Positions 1 to 10,239 of a stretch of DNA of 64,000 nucleotides are shown here, in pieces; position 1 is the first letter of the stretch, and each line of letters starts with the position of its first letter. The position numbers and the translations under genes are program-made. Under the pieces are notes generated by a model. It made no database searches and was not told the origin of the DNA. It worked only from the letters and a program-made list of their open reading frames with translations. The DNA comes from an uncultured Methanosarcinales archaeon (GTDB taxonomy: Archaea > Nanobdellota > Nanobdellia > Woesearchaeales > ARS49). The stretch lies in NCBI GenBank assembly GCA_964637115.1, contig CAZWVL010000004.1:1-64000 (forward strand), written 5' to 3'.

Positions 1-482
1 TCTGTTCTCATGTCAAGCACGCCTTGTTCCAATTTGTCTATTCGAGAAGTGAGCAAGTCTTTCCATTCGTTTATCTTGGCAAGGTCTTTTTGCAAATCTT
101 GCCATTTTTCCTCTATTATTTGTTCAACAACTGCTTCTGATTCCGGGTGTGTTGGCGCTCTGATTTCTGTTCTTGGTGCCGTTTCTCTTGGCGCTTCCAT
201 TGGTTCTATGCTTCTGTGCGCTTCTGCTTGTGCTAACGCATCGTAAATTTGAGTTGGTTGGAATCCTTGTCTTTGTAATGTTTGAATTATCTGATTATTA
301 GTAAGCCCTTGTGTTTGCATGCTGGCTACTTGTGCGATTGGAACTTCAGAAGGCATTGGTGGTGGCATTTGTTCGCCCATCATTGGAGGCATTCCTTGCG
401 GACCTGCCGGCATTCCTGGCGTTCCAGGCATTGGATAGGGTGTTTCTGGTTGTTTTTTCTTGAAAATATCCATTAATGCCAT
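1..482 (-). CDS. Hypothetical protein with Pro/Met-rich N-terminus and coiled-coil; runs off the left window edge (absent from ORF track)
   Basis: Manual translation from ATG at 482: MALMDIFKKKQPETPYPMPG...VASMQTQGLTNNQIIQTLQRQGFQPTQIYDAL...VEQIIEEKWQDLQKDL...; no stop before position 1. Confidence 0.8.
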   Translation of the reverse strand, partial: MALMDIFKKKQPETPYPMPGTPGMPAGPQGMPPMMGEQMPPPMPSEVPIAQVASMQTQGLTNNQIIQTLQRQGFQPTQIYDALAQAEAHRSIEPMEAPRETAPRTEIRAPTHPESEAVVEQIIEEKWQDLQKDLAKINEWKDLLTSRIDKLEQGVLDMRT

Positions 483-536
483 TGTGTTCAACTCTTTTTT
501 ACAGCTTTAAGAATTGGTGATTTTTAAAGGTTTGTA

Positions 537-1010
537 TTAAGAAGGACTGTCATAATTCGGCTTTTCTGTTTCTTCGTGTCTGCCGAGCTTTTCATCAATA
601 AGTTTTTCCACTCTGTCTGCTGTGATGAATTTGACAGGGTCCCATAGTTCCAAATATCTTTTCATTACGTCTATGTCTTCTTTTCTGGCCGTTAATCTGA
701 GTTCTTTGATGACTGTAATCATTTTGTCTTCTACTGCCTGTATAGTTCTGCGCATTTCTGTAACATCATTCTGCAGCAGTTTAACTTCCACCATTGCCTT
801 TTTCTGGTTGCTAAGCATATTTTGCTCTACAAAAAGTAGTTTTTTGCGGAATTCTGAATAACGTTCTTCGCTGATGCGGACTCTCGCCGCCATTAGGTTC
901 ATCTGCTCAGTCATCCCGCTGATATCCGGCATTGGCTGTGCCTTTGGTCCGCCAAAAAATCCTGTTTTTGCAGGTGCTGGCGGCTCTGTTGCGTAGGCTT
1001 CTTCTGGCAT
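537..1010 (-). CDS. Hypothetical coiled-coil protein (157 aa)
   Basis: Clean ORF with heptad-like content, co-oriented with the truncated ORF to its left. Confidence 0.7.
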   Translation of the reverse strand: MPEEAYATEPPAPAKTGFFGGPKAQPMPDISGMTEQMNLMAARVRISEERYSEFRKKLLFVEQNMLSNQKKAMVEVKLLQNDVTEMRRTIQAVEDKMITVIKELRLTARKEDIDVMKRYLELWDPVKFITADRVEKLIDEKLGRHEETEKPNYDSPS

Positions 1011-1097
1011 AGTAAACGTTTATATATCCTCAGCAATTTAATTGCATCGTAATATCATAAATTTGCGTGACTCTAAACTAGTAGTAAAAGAGGGGAA

Positions 1098-3353
1098 ATG
1101 GCAGAGTGTGGGAAATACGACATAATTCGTGAAGGCGAAGACATTATTCTAAGAGTAGACTGTGAAGGCTGCCCGTTTTTTCCGAGTTTGGAAGATGAGC
1201 CAAGATTAATGTCCATGACTATGGACATGCTGGCAGAAGCTGGCACTGTTACAAAGATTGTCTACATACAAAAACGTGACTTTGAATATGATGAAGCACA
1301 AGTTGTAATGTTATCTGAACTTGCAGCGATTTACAAAAGTCTTGTTGCGCAAAAATTCGCATACGAAATGCTTGCAAAGCCTGTTTGCGCCAAATGGATA
1401 AATCAAAGGTACGTTCAGATTCAGGATATTCTTTACAGGCAGTTCAAGGCAGATCCTATTGGAGCGTATGTTGAGCTGATTAGGCTTGCCAGAGATGAAA
1501 AAAGACAGATTGACGCTGGCTTAACAACACAGGAAGGCATGCAGTGTTTGCAGAATTATTTCAAATTGTTGCAGGAAGCGGTTAATATGCTTGAGCAGAC
1601 AAGGATGGTTAAGCTTTCTCAGCCTTATTTGCCTGGATTCCAGCTGGGCGATAGGACTGTTTACAAGCGCCTTTTTACTCCTACTATCAAGCCTGATTTT
1701 ATGTTTACAAAGCTGATGGCTTCCTTTCCACCAGAAGGCGAGGAATTGGCAAGTTATCAGGTTGGTAATACGGAGATTACTATTTTTCAGATGCCTGAAA
1801 GTGTGCAGTATTTGTACCATATGGTGCCGGCTGAATTTAAATTAAGTGAAGAAAAGTATGATTTGCTTGATGCTGCCAGAAAAATTATGTCAGAGCATAA
1901 GCCCAAGCGTTCTGAGTTTGTTGATCCTGAACGTATGCGCCAGGTGTTTACTTCTGTTGGCACTGATTTGTTGGAAGAGCTTGCGAATAATCGCGGGATG
2001 CACTTGCGGGGCAAGGATAGGGATGAGCTTGCCGAGATTCTCGTGCGCTATACTGTTGGTTTTGGTTTGATTGAGGTTTTGTTGCAGGATGACAAGGTGC
2101 AGGATATTACAATTAACTCTCCGATGGGCAGGATTCCTATGTTTATCGTGCACGACGAGTTTGGTGATTGTACTACGAACATTATTCCGACTGCGCCTGA
2201 GGGCGAGAGCTGGGCTTCAAAGTTAAGGATGATTTCTGGCAGGCCGTTGGACGAGGCTAATCCGATTCTTGACACAGAGCTTATTTTGCCTAATGCGCGC
2301 GCAAGAGTTGCTGCGATTACTGCTCCTCTTAATCCAACAGGACTTGCATACGCTCTCAGACGTCATCGTGACAAGCCCTGGACTTTGCCTTTGTTCATGA
2401 ACAATCGTATGCTGACACCTTTGGCTGCCGGTGTACTGAGCTTTTTGATTGACGGCAGCAGGACGATATTGATTGCCGGAACAAGAAGCAGCGGTAAAAC
2501 TTCTTTGCTTGGAAGCGTTATGGTTGACATTATGAGGCGTTCGAGAATTATAACGATTGAAGACACTCTTGAACTGCCTGTTGAAGCATTGCGCAAAATG
2601 AATTATAACATTCAAAGCATGAAAGTTGCTTCTGCGTTGACAAGGGGAACTACAGAAGTCAGTGCAGATGAAGGCATCAGGACAACTTTGCGTTTGGGTG
2701 ATTCAAGTTTGATTGTTGGTGAAGTCAGAAGCGTGGAAGCTCGTGCTTTGTACGAGGCTATGCGTGTTGGTGCTTTGGCTAATGTTGTTGCAGGAACGAT
2801 TCACGGTGATTCTCCTTATGGCGTATTTGACCGTGTCGTGAATGATTTGGGTGTTCCAAGAACCAGTTTCAAAGCAACTGACTTGATAGTTGTTGCAAAT
2901 CCGGTTAGAAGCCCCGATGGCATTCACCGCTTTAGACGCATCACGCAGATTACTGAGGTGCGTAAGCTTTGGGAAGAAGATCCTTTGACTGAGAACGGCT
3001 TTGTTGACTTGTTCAAGTATGATCCCCAAGTTGATGCTTTAGTTCCCACAAATGATTTGTTGAGGGGAGATAGCGATGTCATCAAGGCAGTTGCCGGCAA
3101 TGTCAAGGAATGGGCTGGCAATTGGGATGCTGTTTGGGATAACATTAATTTGCGCGCGAAGATGAAAGAAACATTAGTTTCTTCTGCTAATAAGCTGAAG
3201 AATTTTGACTTATTGGAAGCGGAATTTTATGTTCGCGCAAATGACGAATTCCATCGTATTTCTGAAAAAGTGCGTGATGAAGTCGGCAAGTTGGACAGCG
3301 AGCGCATATTTTTTGAATGGAATGAATGGCTGCGGAGTGCTGTTAAGCGATGA
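1098..3353 (+). CDS. Type II/IV secretion or type IV pilus assembly ATPase (VirB11/TadA/FlaI family)
   Basis: Walker A AGTRSSGKTS, Asp box TIEDTLEL, Walker B LIVGEVR, His box TIHG; RBS GAGGGG. Confidence 0.92.
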   Translation: MAECGKYDIIREGEDIILRVDCEGCPFFPSLEDEPRLMSMTMDMLAEAGTVTKIVYIQKRDFEYDEAQVVMLSELAAIYKSLVAQKFAYEMLAKPVCAKWINQRYVQIQDILYRQFKADPIGAYVELIRLARDEKRQIDAGLTTQEGMQCLQNYFKLLQEAVNMLEQTRMVKLSQPYLPGFQLGDRTVYKRLFTPTIKPDFMFTKLMASFPPEGEELASYQVGNTEITIFQMPESVQYLYHMVPAEFKLSEEKYDLLDAARKIMSEHKPKRSEFVDPERMRQVFTSVGTDLLEELANNRGMHLRGKDRDELAEILVRYTVGFGLIEVLLQDDKVQDITINSPMGRIPMFIVHDEFGDCTTNIIPTAPEGESWASKLRMISGRPLDEANPILDTELILPNARARVAAITAPLNPTGLAYALRRHRDKPWTLPLFMNNRMLTPLAAGVLSFLIDGSRTILIAGTRSSGKTSLLGSVMVDIMRRSRIITIEDTLELPVEALRKMNYNIQSMKVASALTRGTTEVSADEGIRTTLRLGDSSLIVGEVRSVEARALYEAMRVGALANVVAGTIHGDSPYGVFDRVVNDLGVPRTSFKATDLIVVANPVRSPDGIHRFRRITQITEVRKLWEEDPLTENGFVDLFKYDPQVDALVPTNDLLRGDSDVIKAVAGNVKEWAGNWDAVWDNINLRAKMKETLVSSANKLKNFDLLEAEFYVRANDEFHRISEKVRDEVGKLDSERIFFEWNEWLRSAVKR

Positions 3354-5482
3354 ATGAAGACCTTGTTGCTAAATATAAGCAAAAGTTGTCTGAGCAGCTT
3401 GAATTGCAGGCAAGCATGCCGAGTTCTCAGTTGTACAGCCGTGAGTATCAGATGTTTAGAAAGGAAATTCTGCCTCCTCACGCTACTGCTTTTGAAAAGA
3501 TATGCAATTTCTGCGGTAAATTGTTGAAGACTAAAGTAAAGCCTGAAAAATCTGCCCAAATGCAGGACGCGATTAATGCTTCGCATCTGCAGACTTCTCC
3601 CTCTGCCGTTATGGCTGCGAGTTTCATACTTCCGATTGTTTTCCTGATAATCGGGGTTTTCTTTTCTTTGCTCGTGCTGAACAGTATGTTCTTTGCCATG
3701 TTCAGTTTGCTGGTTGGCCTTGCCGGTATTTTCTTGTTGCAGAACGTGCCGTTTTTCCTGGCTAATCAATGGCGTATGAAAGCAAGCAATCAGATGGTTT
3801 TGTGTGTTTTTTACATCGTAACTTACATGCGGCACACGTCAAACTTGGAAAATGCTATTGAATTCGCTTCTGAGCATCTTGCGCCACCTTTGAGTCTTGA
3901 TTTAAGAAAAGTCATATGGGATGTTGAGAGTGGAAAGTACGAGAACATCAAGGATTCTTTGGAAGTTTATCTTAACGGCTGGCGCCAGTATAATATGGAA
4001 TTTGTTGAATCACTGCATTTGGTCGAGAGTTCTTTGTATGAAACTTCAAATGACCGCCGTTTGAGCCTGTTGGACAAGGCTTTGGATGTCATTCTTGATG
4101 AAACGTATGAGAAGATGTTGCATTACGCGCAGAATTTGAAAGGTCCAATTACAATGCTGCACATGCTTGGTGTTATCTTGCCTATTTTGGGCCTTGTCAT
4201 CTTGCCTCTTGTTGTCAGCTTTATGGAGGGTGTCAAGTGGTATCACATTTCTGCTTTGTACAACATTGCCTTGCCAATTATTGTTTACATTATGGGCAAA
4301 CAAATTTTGGCAAAGAGGCCGACTGGTTATGGTGATACTGATGTTGCCGAGATTAATCCCGCATTGAAAAAATATCGTAATGTGATCTTCAAGATTGCAG
4401 GTGTTGAGCTTACCATTCACCCTGCTTTTATTGGCATTGTTATAGGAATTATTTTTTCTCTAATCGCGCTTTCTCCTTTAATTATGCATTTGTTTAATCC
4501 AGATTTTGATTTCCAGATTGGAGGTTTTGACTTTTTGGGCTACAAGGAAAGCACGCTGTTTGAAGGTGTAGAAATTGGCCCGTTTGGTCTTGGCGCGAGC
4601 ATTATTTCTCTTTTCTTTCCATTAGCTTTGGCTTTTGGCTTTGGCCTTTTCTTCAGATTGCGAAGCCAGAACGTGATTAAGATTAGGGAAGAAGCAAAGA
4701 AACTGGAGGACGAGTTTGCTTCTGCGTTGTTCCAGCTGGGCAACAGGTTGGGTGATGGCTTGCCTGCAGAGATTGCTTTCCAGAAAGTTGCTGACGTGAT
4801 GGAGGATACCATTTCTGGCCGGTTTTTCAAACTTGTTTCTATAAATATCAGCAAGATGGGTATGAGCGTGAAGGAGGCTATCTTTAATCCGACTAGTGGC
4901 GCGATTGCTTCCTATCCAAGCGCGATTATTCAGTCTTCGATGAAAGTGTTGATTGAGAGCGTTAAGAAAGGCCCGATTATTGCAGCCCAGGCATTGCTTA
5001 ATGTTGCGCGTTACATTAAGGAAATTCACAAGGTGAACGAGCGTTTGAAGGATTTGATGGCCGACATCATTTCTGATATGAAATCGCAGATTTCCTTCTT
5101 GACTCCTGCTATCTCGGGCATTGTTATTGGTATTACTTCCATGATTACGTTTATTTTGGGCAGTTTATCAAAAAACATTACTAATTTGGGAGCCGAGCAG
5201 GCCGGCTCGCAGATTGGAACTTTGGCAAACTTTTTTGGTGATGGCGTTCCTACTTATTATTTCCAGGCTGTTGTCGGAATTTATGTTTTCCAGATAGTTT
5301 ACATCTTGACCATTCTTTCTAATGGAATTGAGAATGGCGCCGACAAACTGGAAGAAAGGTATTTGCTTGGCCAGAATTTGATTAGGAGCGTGGTGTTGTA
5401 CTGCCTAATTTCGCTTGTCGTGATGATTGTCTTCAACATGATTGCTTTGAATATTGTTGGCGTTGTGCCATTGATAGAATAA
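3350..5482 (+). CDS. T2SS F-domain membrane platform protein (TadC/FlaJ-like)
   Basis: Multiple TM segments alternating with cytoplasmic helical domains (LGDGLPAEIAF, LSLDLRKVIW); ATGA overlap with the ATPase. Confidence 0.85.
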   Translation: MNEDLVAKYKQKLSEQLELQASMPSSQLYSREYQMFRKEILPPHATAFEKICNFCGKLLKTKVKPEKSAQMQDAINASHLQTSPSAVMAASFILPIVFLIIGVFFSLLVLNSMFFAMFSLLVGLAGIFLLQNVPFFLANQWRMKASNQMVLCVFYIVTYMRHTSNLENAIEFASEHLAPPLSLDLRKVIWDVESGKYENIKDSLEVYLNGWRQYNMEFVESLHLVESSLYETSNDRRLSLLDKALDVILDETYEKMLHYAQNLKGPITMLHMLGVILPILGLVILPLVVSFMEGVKWYHISALYNIALPIIVYIMGKQILAKRPTGYGDTDVAEINPALKKYRNVIFKIAGVELTIHPAFIGIVIGIIFSLIALSPLIMHLFNPDFDFQIGGFDFLGYKESTLFEGVEIGPFGLGASIISLFFPLALAFGFGLFFRLRSQNVIKIREEAKKLEDEFASALFQLGNRLGDGLPAEIAFQKVADVMEDTISGRFFKLVSINISKMGMSVKEAIFNPTSGAIASYPSAIIQSSMKVLIESVKKGPIIAAQALLNVARYIKEIHKVNERLKDLMADIISDMKSQISFLTPAISGIVIGITSMITFILGSLSKNITNLGAEQAGSQIGTLANFFGDGVPTYYFQAVVGIYVFQIVYILTILSNGIENGADKLEERYLLGQNLIRSVVLYCLISLVVMIVFNMIALNIVGVVPLIE

Positions 5483-5488
5483 GAAAAA

Positions 5489-5562
5489 TGGGGGTGGCCA
5501 GATTTGAACTGGCGATTCTACCGTCTTCAGCGGTATGTTCTCCCAGGCTAAACTACACCCCC
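5489..5562 (-). tRNA. trnF: tRNA-Phe (GAA)
   Basis: Reverse complement folds as a cloverleaf: acceptor GGGGGTG/CACCCCC+A, D stem GTTT/GAAC, anticodon arm TACCG-CTGAAGA-CGGTA, T arm GCCAG-TTCAAAT-CTGGC; CCA not encoded; TTTTTAAA box about 25 nt upstream. Confidence 0.97.
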
Positions 5563-5598
5563 GGGTAATATAAGAACAAAAGAAGCGCTTTAAAAATC

Positions 5599-5886
5599 TT
5601 ACTGAACAATCTCTAATCTTCCAAACTTTCCCGTGCCTAATTGCTTTTCTCCTCTGAATTCTGAAACATAGCCGTTTATGATGTGCACTTTCATTCCTGC
5701 TTTTACTAAGTCGCATTGTTCGTTCCAGAGTGTTAAAGTGATTTCTCCTGATGCGTCTTTTGCTTTTGCGTTCGCGACTTTTCCTGATTTACCGAATTTG
5801 TCAAATGCACGAGGCTCCTGCATGCTGATTACTTCCACGACTATGTCGATTTTTCCTTGTCCTGCTTGTAAGTCTTTGATTTCCAT
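5599..5886 (-). CDS. ssb: Single OB-fold single-stranded DNA-binding protein
   Basis: OB-fold signature DASGEITLTLWNEQ...INGYVSEFRGEKQL; ATG at 5886 after GGAGATG. Confidence 0.85.
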   Translation of the reverse strand: MEIKDLQAGQGKIDIVVEVISMQEPRAFDKFGKSGKVANAKAKDASGEITLTLWNEQCDLVKAGMKVHIINGYVSEFRGEKQLGTGKFGRLEIVQ

Positions 5887-5938
5887 GTTCACATCTCCGA
5901 GTTACACGAGGAGGCCCGCCGAACTTGTTCGGCGATGC

Positions 5939-7417
5939 CTATATGTGCATCTTTCCAGTCATCAATTGATATAGCGTATCGCGTAATTCGCTTATTTTTA
6001 CTCTTTTCTGTGCTGCAGTATCGCGAGCTCTGATCGTTACATCGTTATTAGTTAAAGAATCAAAGTCTATTGTAATGCAAAATGGCACTCCAACTTCGTC
6101 TAACCTTGCATATCTTTTTCCTATGCTTCCTGTTTCATCATACATTACTTCGTAGCATTCTTTCAAGTCATCAAATACTTCTGTCGCTTTTTTGACTAGT
6201 TCTGGTTTGTTTGAAAGTAATGGGAATATTCCTGCCTGTAATGGCGCGATTGCTGCTGGCAGTGATAGCCATGTTCTGTCCTCTTTTTGTTTATACGCCA
6301 TTTCTAGTGCTACATAGAATGTTCTGTCTAATCCGATTGAGATTTCCCAAATGTGCGGGATGAATTTTTTGCCTTCCGGCGTTACAAATTGCAAGTCTGT
6401 TTTGCTTCCTTCCATGTGTCCTTTCAAATCATAATCTGTTCTGTAATTATTAGCAATTAACTCTACCCAACCTAATGAGGTTTCTACTTCAAAGTCCCAG
6501 CCCTCTTTTGCGTAGAATGCGCGTTCTTTGTCATCTAATTGTCTAAATCGCATTTTGTCTATTGGAATGCCGTATCGTTCAAACAATTGTTGTGTTCGCG
6601 CGAGATAGTAAGCTATTAACTTGCCGCTGACTAATTTATCTTTGACAAGCTTTTCTGCAGGCACGTATTCTATTTTGTCGCTGTCTGCTTTTTGTATGCG
6701 TAATGCATAAGCTTTGACTTCATCCCATCTTTCTATTTCGTTTATTTGTGTTGGGTCAAAGAATACTTCTGTTTCCATTTGTGAGAACTCTACTTGTCTT
6801 AACAATGTCTGTCTTGGTGAGATTTCGTTTCTGAATGATTTTCCTACTTGGCAGATTCCTTTTGGAAGTGTTACTCTCATTGTTCTTACCATTCTGCTCC
6901 AGTCTGCAAATATCGTCTGGCAGGTTTCTGGCCGGAGATAACAGGCTGCTTTTGTAGAAACGCCAACATCTGCTTTTACCATCATGTTGAAGCGTTTTAC
7001 GTCCATTAGTTCTCCTTTGCACTTAGAGCATTTTACTTTGTGTTCTCTCAGTGCAGCAGTCAGTTCTTCTACTGGTGCTGACTCTTTGAACGGTTTTTTC
7101 GTGATTTCTTCAAGCAGTTTGTCTACTCTATGGATAGTATTGCACTTTTTGCATTGTGTGACCGGGTCATTGAAGTTTGCCAGATGCCCTGAGCTTTTGA
7201 ATACGTCTTCTGGCATTATTACTGCGCCGTCTAATTCCAAGAATTCTTCTTTTTGCACGAGGTGTTTTCGCCATACTTCCACAACCTTTCTTCTTATTGT
7301 TGCTCCGTATGGTCCGAAATCATAGAATCCTGCTGGTGCATTTGCGTAAATCTCGCTCGCTGGATAGAAAAGGCTTCTTCTTAGTGCTAGATTAACGACA
7401 TCTTCATACGTAACCAT
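5939..7417 (-). CDS. glyS: Glycyl-tRNA synthetase (alpha2, archaeal/eukaryotic type)
   Basis: GFYDFGPYG, YLRPETCQ, motif 2 FRNEISPR...EFSQME, motif 3 EISIGLDR, anticodon domain IGKRYARLDEVGVPFCITID. Confidence 0.96.
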   Translation of the reverse strand: MVTYEDVVNLALRRSLFYPASEIYANAPAGFYDFGPYGATIRRKVVEVWRKHLVQKEEFLELDGAVIMPEDVFKSSGHLANFNDPVTQCKKCNTIHRVDKLLEEITKKPFKESAPVEELTAALREHKVKCSKCKGELMDVKRFNMMVKADVGVSTKAACYLRPETCQTIFADWSRMVRTMRVTLPKGICQVGKSFRNEISPRQTLLRQVEFSQMETEVFFDPTQINEIERWDEVKAYALRIQKADSDKIEYVPAEKLVKDKLVSGKLIAYYLARTQQLFERYGIPIDKMRFRQLDDKERAFYAKEGWDFEVETSLGWVELIANNYRTDYDLKGHMEGSKTDLQFVTPEGKKFIPHIWEISIGLDRTFYVALEMAYKQKEDRTWLSLPAAIAPLQAGIFPLLSNKPELVKKATEVFDDLKECYEVMYDETGSIGKRYARLDEVGVPFCITIDFDSLTNNDVTIRARDTAAQKRVKISELRDTLYQLMTGKMHI

Positions 7418-7462
7418 AAGAAAAAGCTATCGAGAGTGCTTTTTAAAGGTTTCTGACAATAC

Positions 7463-7483
7463 TTATATATAGAATATATTTCT
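7463..7483 (+). promoter_or_regulatory. TATA box (TTATATA) followed by candidate operator AGAATATATTTCT upstream of SBP1
   Basis: Imperfect palindrome AGAA-TATAT-TTCT at 7471-7483; the same 12-mer AGAATATATTTC occurs at 26496-26507 upstream of the third SBP operon. Confidence 0.5.
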
Positions 7484-7506
7484 CTATACTCTATCACTCA
7501 TGGAGG

Positions 7507-8667
7507 ATGGATACTATGAATAAGACATTGTTAGGAATTTTAAGTTTGTTATTTGTGTTTTTGGTCGCGTGTGCTCCTGCACAGGAAATGAAAGCAGAGC
7601 CAAAGGTGGAAGAAAAGAAAGCGGTTGCACCGGCTGAAGTAACATTTGGCTGGATTGGCGCTTTAACTGGTGGTGCGGCTACGATTGGAGAACCAATCAG
7701 GAATGCTGTGGTATTAGCGGTTGAAGAAATTAATGCAAATAATGTAATTCCAGGCAAGAAATTGAATATCATCTACGAAGATGATGCCTGTGATGCGAAG
7801 AATAGCGCAACAGCCGTGCAGAAGTTATCAAATGTTGATAAGGTCACAGCAATTATCGGTCCGATGTGTTCTGGTGCAACACTTGCTGATGCACCAATTA
7901 TAGAGGAAGCAAAGATGTTGACGGTTTCTTATTCCGCAACAAACCCATCAATTAAAGATGCCGGCGACTACTTATTTAGAAACGTTCCTTCTGATAATGG
8001 CCAGGGCGTTCAGGCCGCAGCACTTATTAATAAGCTCGGCTCAAAGAAGATCGCCATTATCCACATCCAGAATGACTGGGGTGTTGGTTTGCTGAAAGTG
8101 TTTAAGTCCGAAGCTGAAAAACTTGGTCTTAAAATTGTCGCGACTGAAACGTACAGTCCTGACGCCACCGACTTCAAAACTCAGTTGGCAAAGATAAAGG
8201 CTGCAAAGCCTGAAACCTTGTACATGTTGTCTCATCCTACAGATGCCGGTATTGTTCTTAAGCAAGCGTCTGAAGCTGGCTTGAAAATACAGATTATTGG
8301 TGCAGATGGATCAAAGGACGACGCAGTAATTTCAGCCGCCGGTGCTGCTGCAGAGGGATTTATTGTAACTCTGCCTGGAGTGCCAAAGTCGTCTGAGCTT
8401 GACAAGTTTGCAACTGCGTACAAGGCTAAGTATGGCAAAGAATTCAGTGCATACACGCCTGAAGCTTACGACGTTGCGTACATTCTTGCCAAGGCTTGTG
8501 CTGCAACTGATTGCACTTCAACTGCTATGAAGGACTACTTGTACAAGATGGGACCGTACACGGGCGCATCTGGAACGTACGAGTTTGACCAGAATGGTGA
8601 AGTCGACAAGCCGTATGATTACTTTACGGTAAAAGACGGCAAGTGGGAAGCATATATTGCCTCCTGA
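7507..8667 (+). CDS. SBP1: branched-chain amino acid-type ABC substrate-binding lipoprotein (LivJ/K, Peripla_BP_6 fold)
   Basis: Lipobox LVAC; GWIGALTGG, AVEEINANN, EDDAC, GPMCSG, SYSAT, DFKTQLAKIK, AYDVA. Confidence 0.93.
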   Translation: MDTMNKTLLGILSLLFVFLVACAPAQEMKAEPKVEEKKAVAPAEVTFGWIGALTGGAATIGEPIRNAVVLAVEEINANNVIPGKKLNIIYEDDACDAKNSATAVQKLSNVDKVTAIIGPMCSGATLADAPIIEEAKMLTVSYSATNPSIKDAGDYLFRNVPSDNGQGVQAAALINKLGSKKIAIIHIQNDWGVGLLKVFKSEAEKLGLKIVATETYSPDATDFKTQLAKIKAAKPETLYMLSHPTDAGIVLKQASEAGLKIQIIGADGSKDDAVISAAGAAAEGFIVTLPGVPKSSELDKFATAYKAKYGKEFSAYTPEAYDVAYILAKACAATDCTSTAMKDYLYKMGPYTGASGTYEFDQNGEVDKPYDYFTVKDGKWEAYIAS

Positions 8668-8711
8668 TTATTTTTTATTTATTTTTTTATTATTAAAATG
8701 GAGGGATACAT

Positions 8712-9827
8712 ATGAAAAAATTGCTTGTAATAACAACGGTCGCATTATTGTTCTTAGTGGCATGTGCTCAGGTTGAGCAAAAGCCGTTCAAAGTTGGTAT
8801 AGTCGCTCCAATGACTGGTCCAAATGCGTGGATTGGAGAATTCGTCGTTGGCTCATTGGAAATTGCAAAAGACGAGCTTAATGCTCAAGGCGGCGTGAAT
8901 GGAAAAGCTGTTGAATTTGTTCTCGAGGACGCTGACAATGCGGCCAAGAGTACAACAGGCACGACAAAACTTATTCAGCAGGATAATGTTGATTTGATAT
9001 ACTCTGTGACAACACCAGTGACTGCCGGTGCAAGCGCGATTGCTGAGCAAAATGGCGTTCCGTTGTTCGGCTTTACGGCTGTTCAGACATTTGCCAAGAA
9101 AAACACTTGGGTGTTCAGCGATTTGCGTGATATTGTTAACGAGTGCACATTGTTGGCGCAGACTGCATTAAAGAACAATCATTTGAAACTTGCGTTTCTC
9201 GGTAATGACGCAGATTTTAGCGTTGAATGCCTTGAGACATTGAAGAAAGAGTTCGTACCAAATGGAGGCACAATTGTTGCGAATGAAATGAAGGTAAGTA
9301 ATGACCCTGATGCACGCACGAGTGTTACCAAGCTGAAGAACGCACAGCCTGATGGTGTTTTACTGTTGTGCTGGCCTCCTGATTGTAATCTTATTTACAA
9401 GCAGATGGTTGAGTTGGACTTTATTCCGCAGTTCTATCTTCCGGTTGGAGCTCCATTGGCTGCTAATCCGGTATCAGTTAAGGATTTAGACAAGAATCGC
9501 ATCCTGAAGAATGCATTTGCGGGCGACCAAGGAGTTTCCGCAGATAACCCTTCACCAGAACTTGCAGCGTTTTTCAGTAAACTCGACGCAAAGCTGAAGA
9601 AGACTATTCGCTATGTTGACGCTGCGGCCGCGTATGATAATATGCACGAAATTGCTGTTGCAGCCGGTAAGTGTCCTGAAATAACGAAGGACTGTTTGCG
9701 TGAAAAACTTGCAGAGACTGATTATACTGGAGTTGCAGGCCACGTTGCATTTGAAGGCAGGCATTTTGCTGCAAGACCCCCGCGCATCATACAATATAAG
9801 GTTGACAAGTGGGTGCCGTACTCATAA
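8712..9827 (+). CDS. SBP2: Liv-type substrate-binding lipoprotein (close paralog of SBP8)
   Basis: Lipobox LVAC; KVGIVAPMTGPNA, ELNAQGGVNG, AAYD. Confidence 0.9.
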   Translation: MKKLLVITTVALLFLVACAQVEQKPFKVGIVAPMTGPNAWIGEFVVGSLEIAKDELNAQGGVNGKAVEFVLEDADNAAKSTTGTTKLIQQDNVDLIYSVTTPVTAGASAIAEQNGVPLFGFTAVQTFAKKNTWVFSDLRDIVNECTLLAQTALKNNHLKLAFLGNDADFSVECLETLKKEFVPNGGTIVANEMKVSNDPDARTSVTKLKNAQPDGVLLLCWPPDCNLIYKQMVELDFIPQFYLPVGAPLAANPVSVKDLDKNRILKNAFAGDQGVSADNPSPELAAFFSKLDAKLKKTIRYVDAAAAYDNMHEIAVAAGKCPEITKDCLREKLAETDYTGVAGHVAFEGRHFAARPPRIIQYKVDKWVPYS

Positions 9828-9828
9828 A

Positions 9829-10239
9829 TTATTTTTCTTTCATTAATTGGCGGACATGCTCGAGTAATTTCCGCTGGCCTTGTTTGAGCAGTTTCTTCTG
9901 TTTTTCTTGAAGTTCTCTTATTCGTGCACCGGCTTGTTGATAATGCATTTCATATATGCGCTTATAAAACACTTCCACGCGCGGGTCACCAACGTTTGGC
10001 CCGGAAAATGTCTTCGTTTTATATTCGCTTACTCCAAGTTCAACCCGAAAACAAAAAGCAGAAATGCAAAAAATAGGATCGCAATCACCAAGTCTGGAAT
10101 CTTTGCTTACCTGAACAGATATGTCTTGATAGGTACCGGTATAAGTAAACTCATTGTTAAAACAATTGTGCCCGTACCTCCATTCTTTCACTTTCTTCCC
10201 AAGCTTCAGAAGCTCGTCCAAGGAGAGTTCGTCGGTCAT
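9829..10239 (-). CDS. Hypothetical protein, 'MTDELSL' family member (136 aa)
   Basis: Begins MTDELSLDELLKLGKKVKEW; ATGA overlap with upstream gene. Confidence 0.75.
   Translation of the reverse strand: MTDELSLDELLKLGKKVKEWRYGHNCFNNEFTYTGTYQDISVQVSKDSRLGDCDPIFCISAFCFRVELGVSEYKTKTFSGPNVGDPRVEVFYKRIYEMHYQQAGARIRELQEKQKKLLKQGQRKLLEHVRQLMKEK

Noticed and set aside
5489-5562. tRNA-Phe as the integration site of the accessory block
   Set aside because: ssb and glyS lie between the tRNA and the block, no duplicated tRNA 3' end was seen at the far boundary, and there is no integrase.
8668-8697. T-rich run between SBP1 and SBP2
   Set aside because: Consistent with an ordinary archaeal oligo-T terminator or attenuator; not distinctive.
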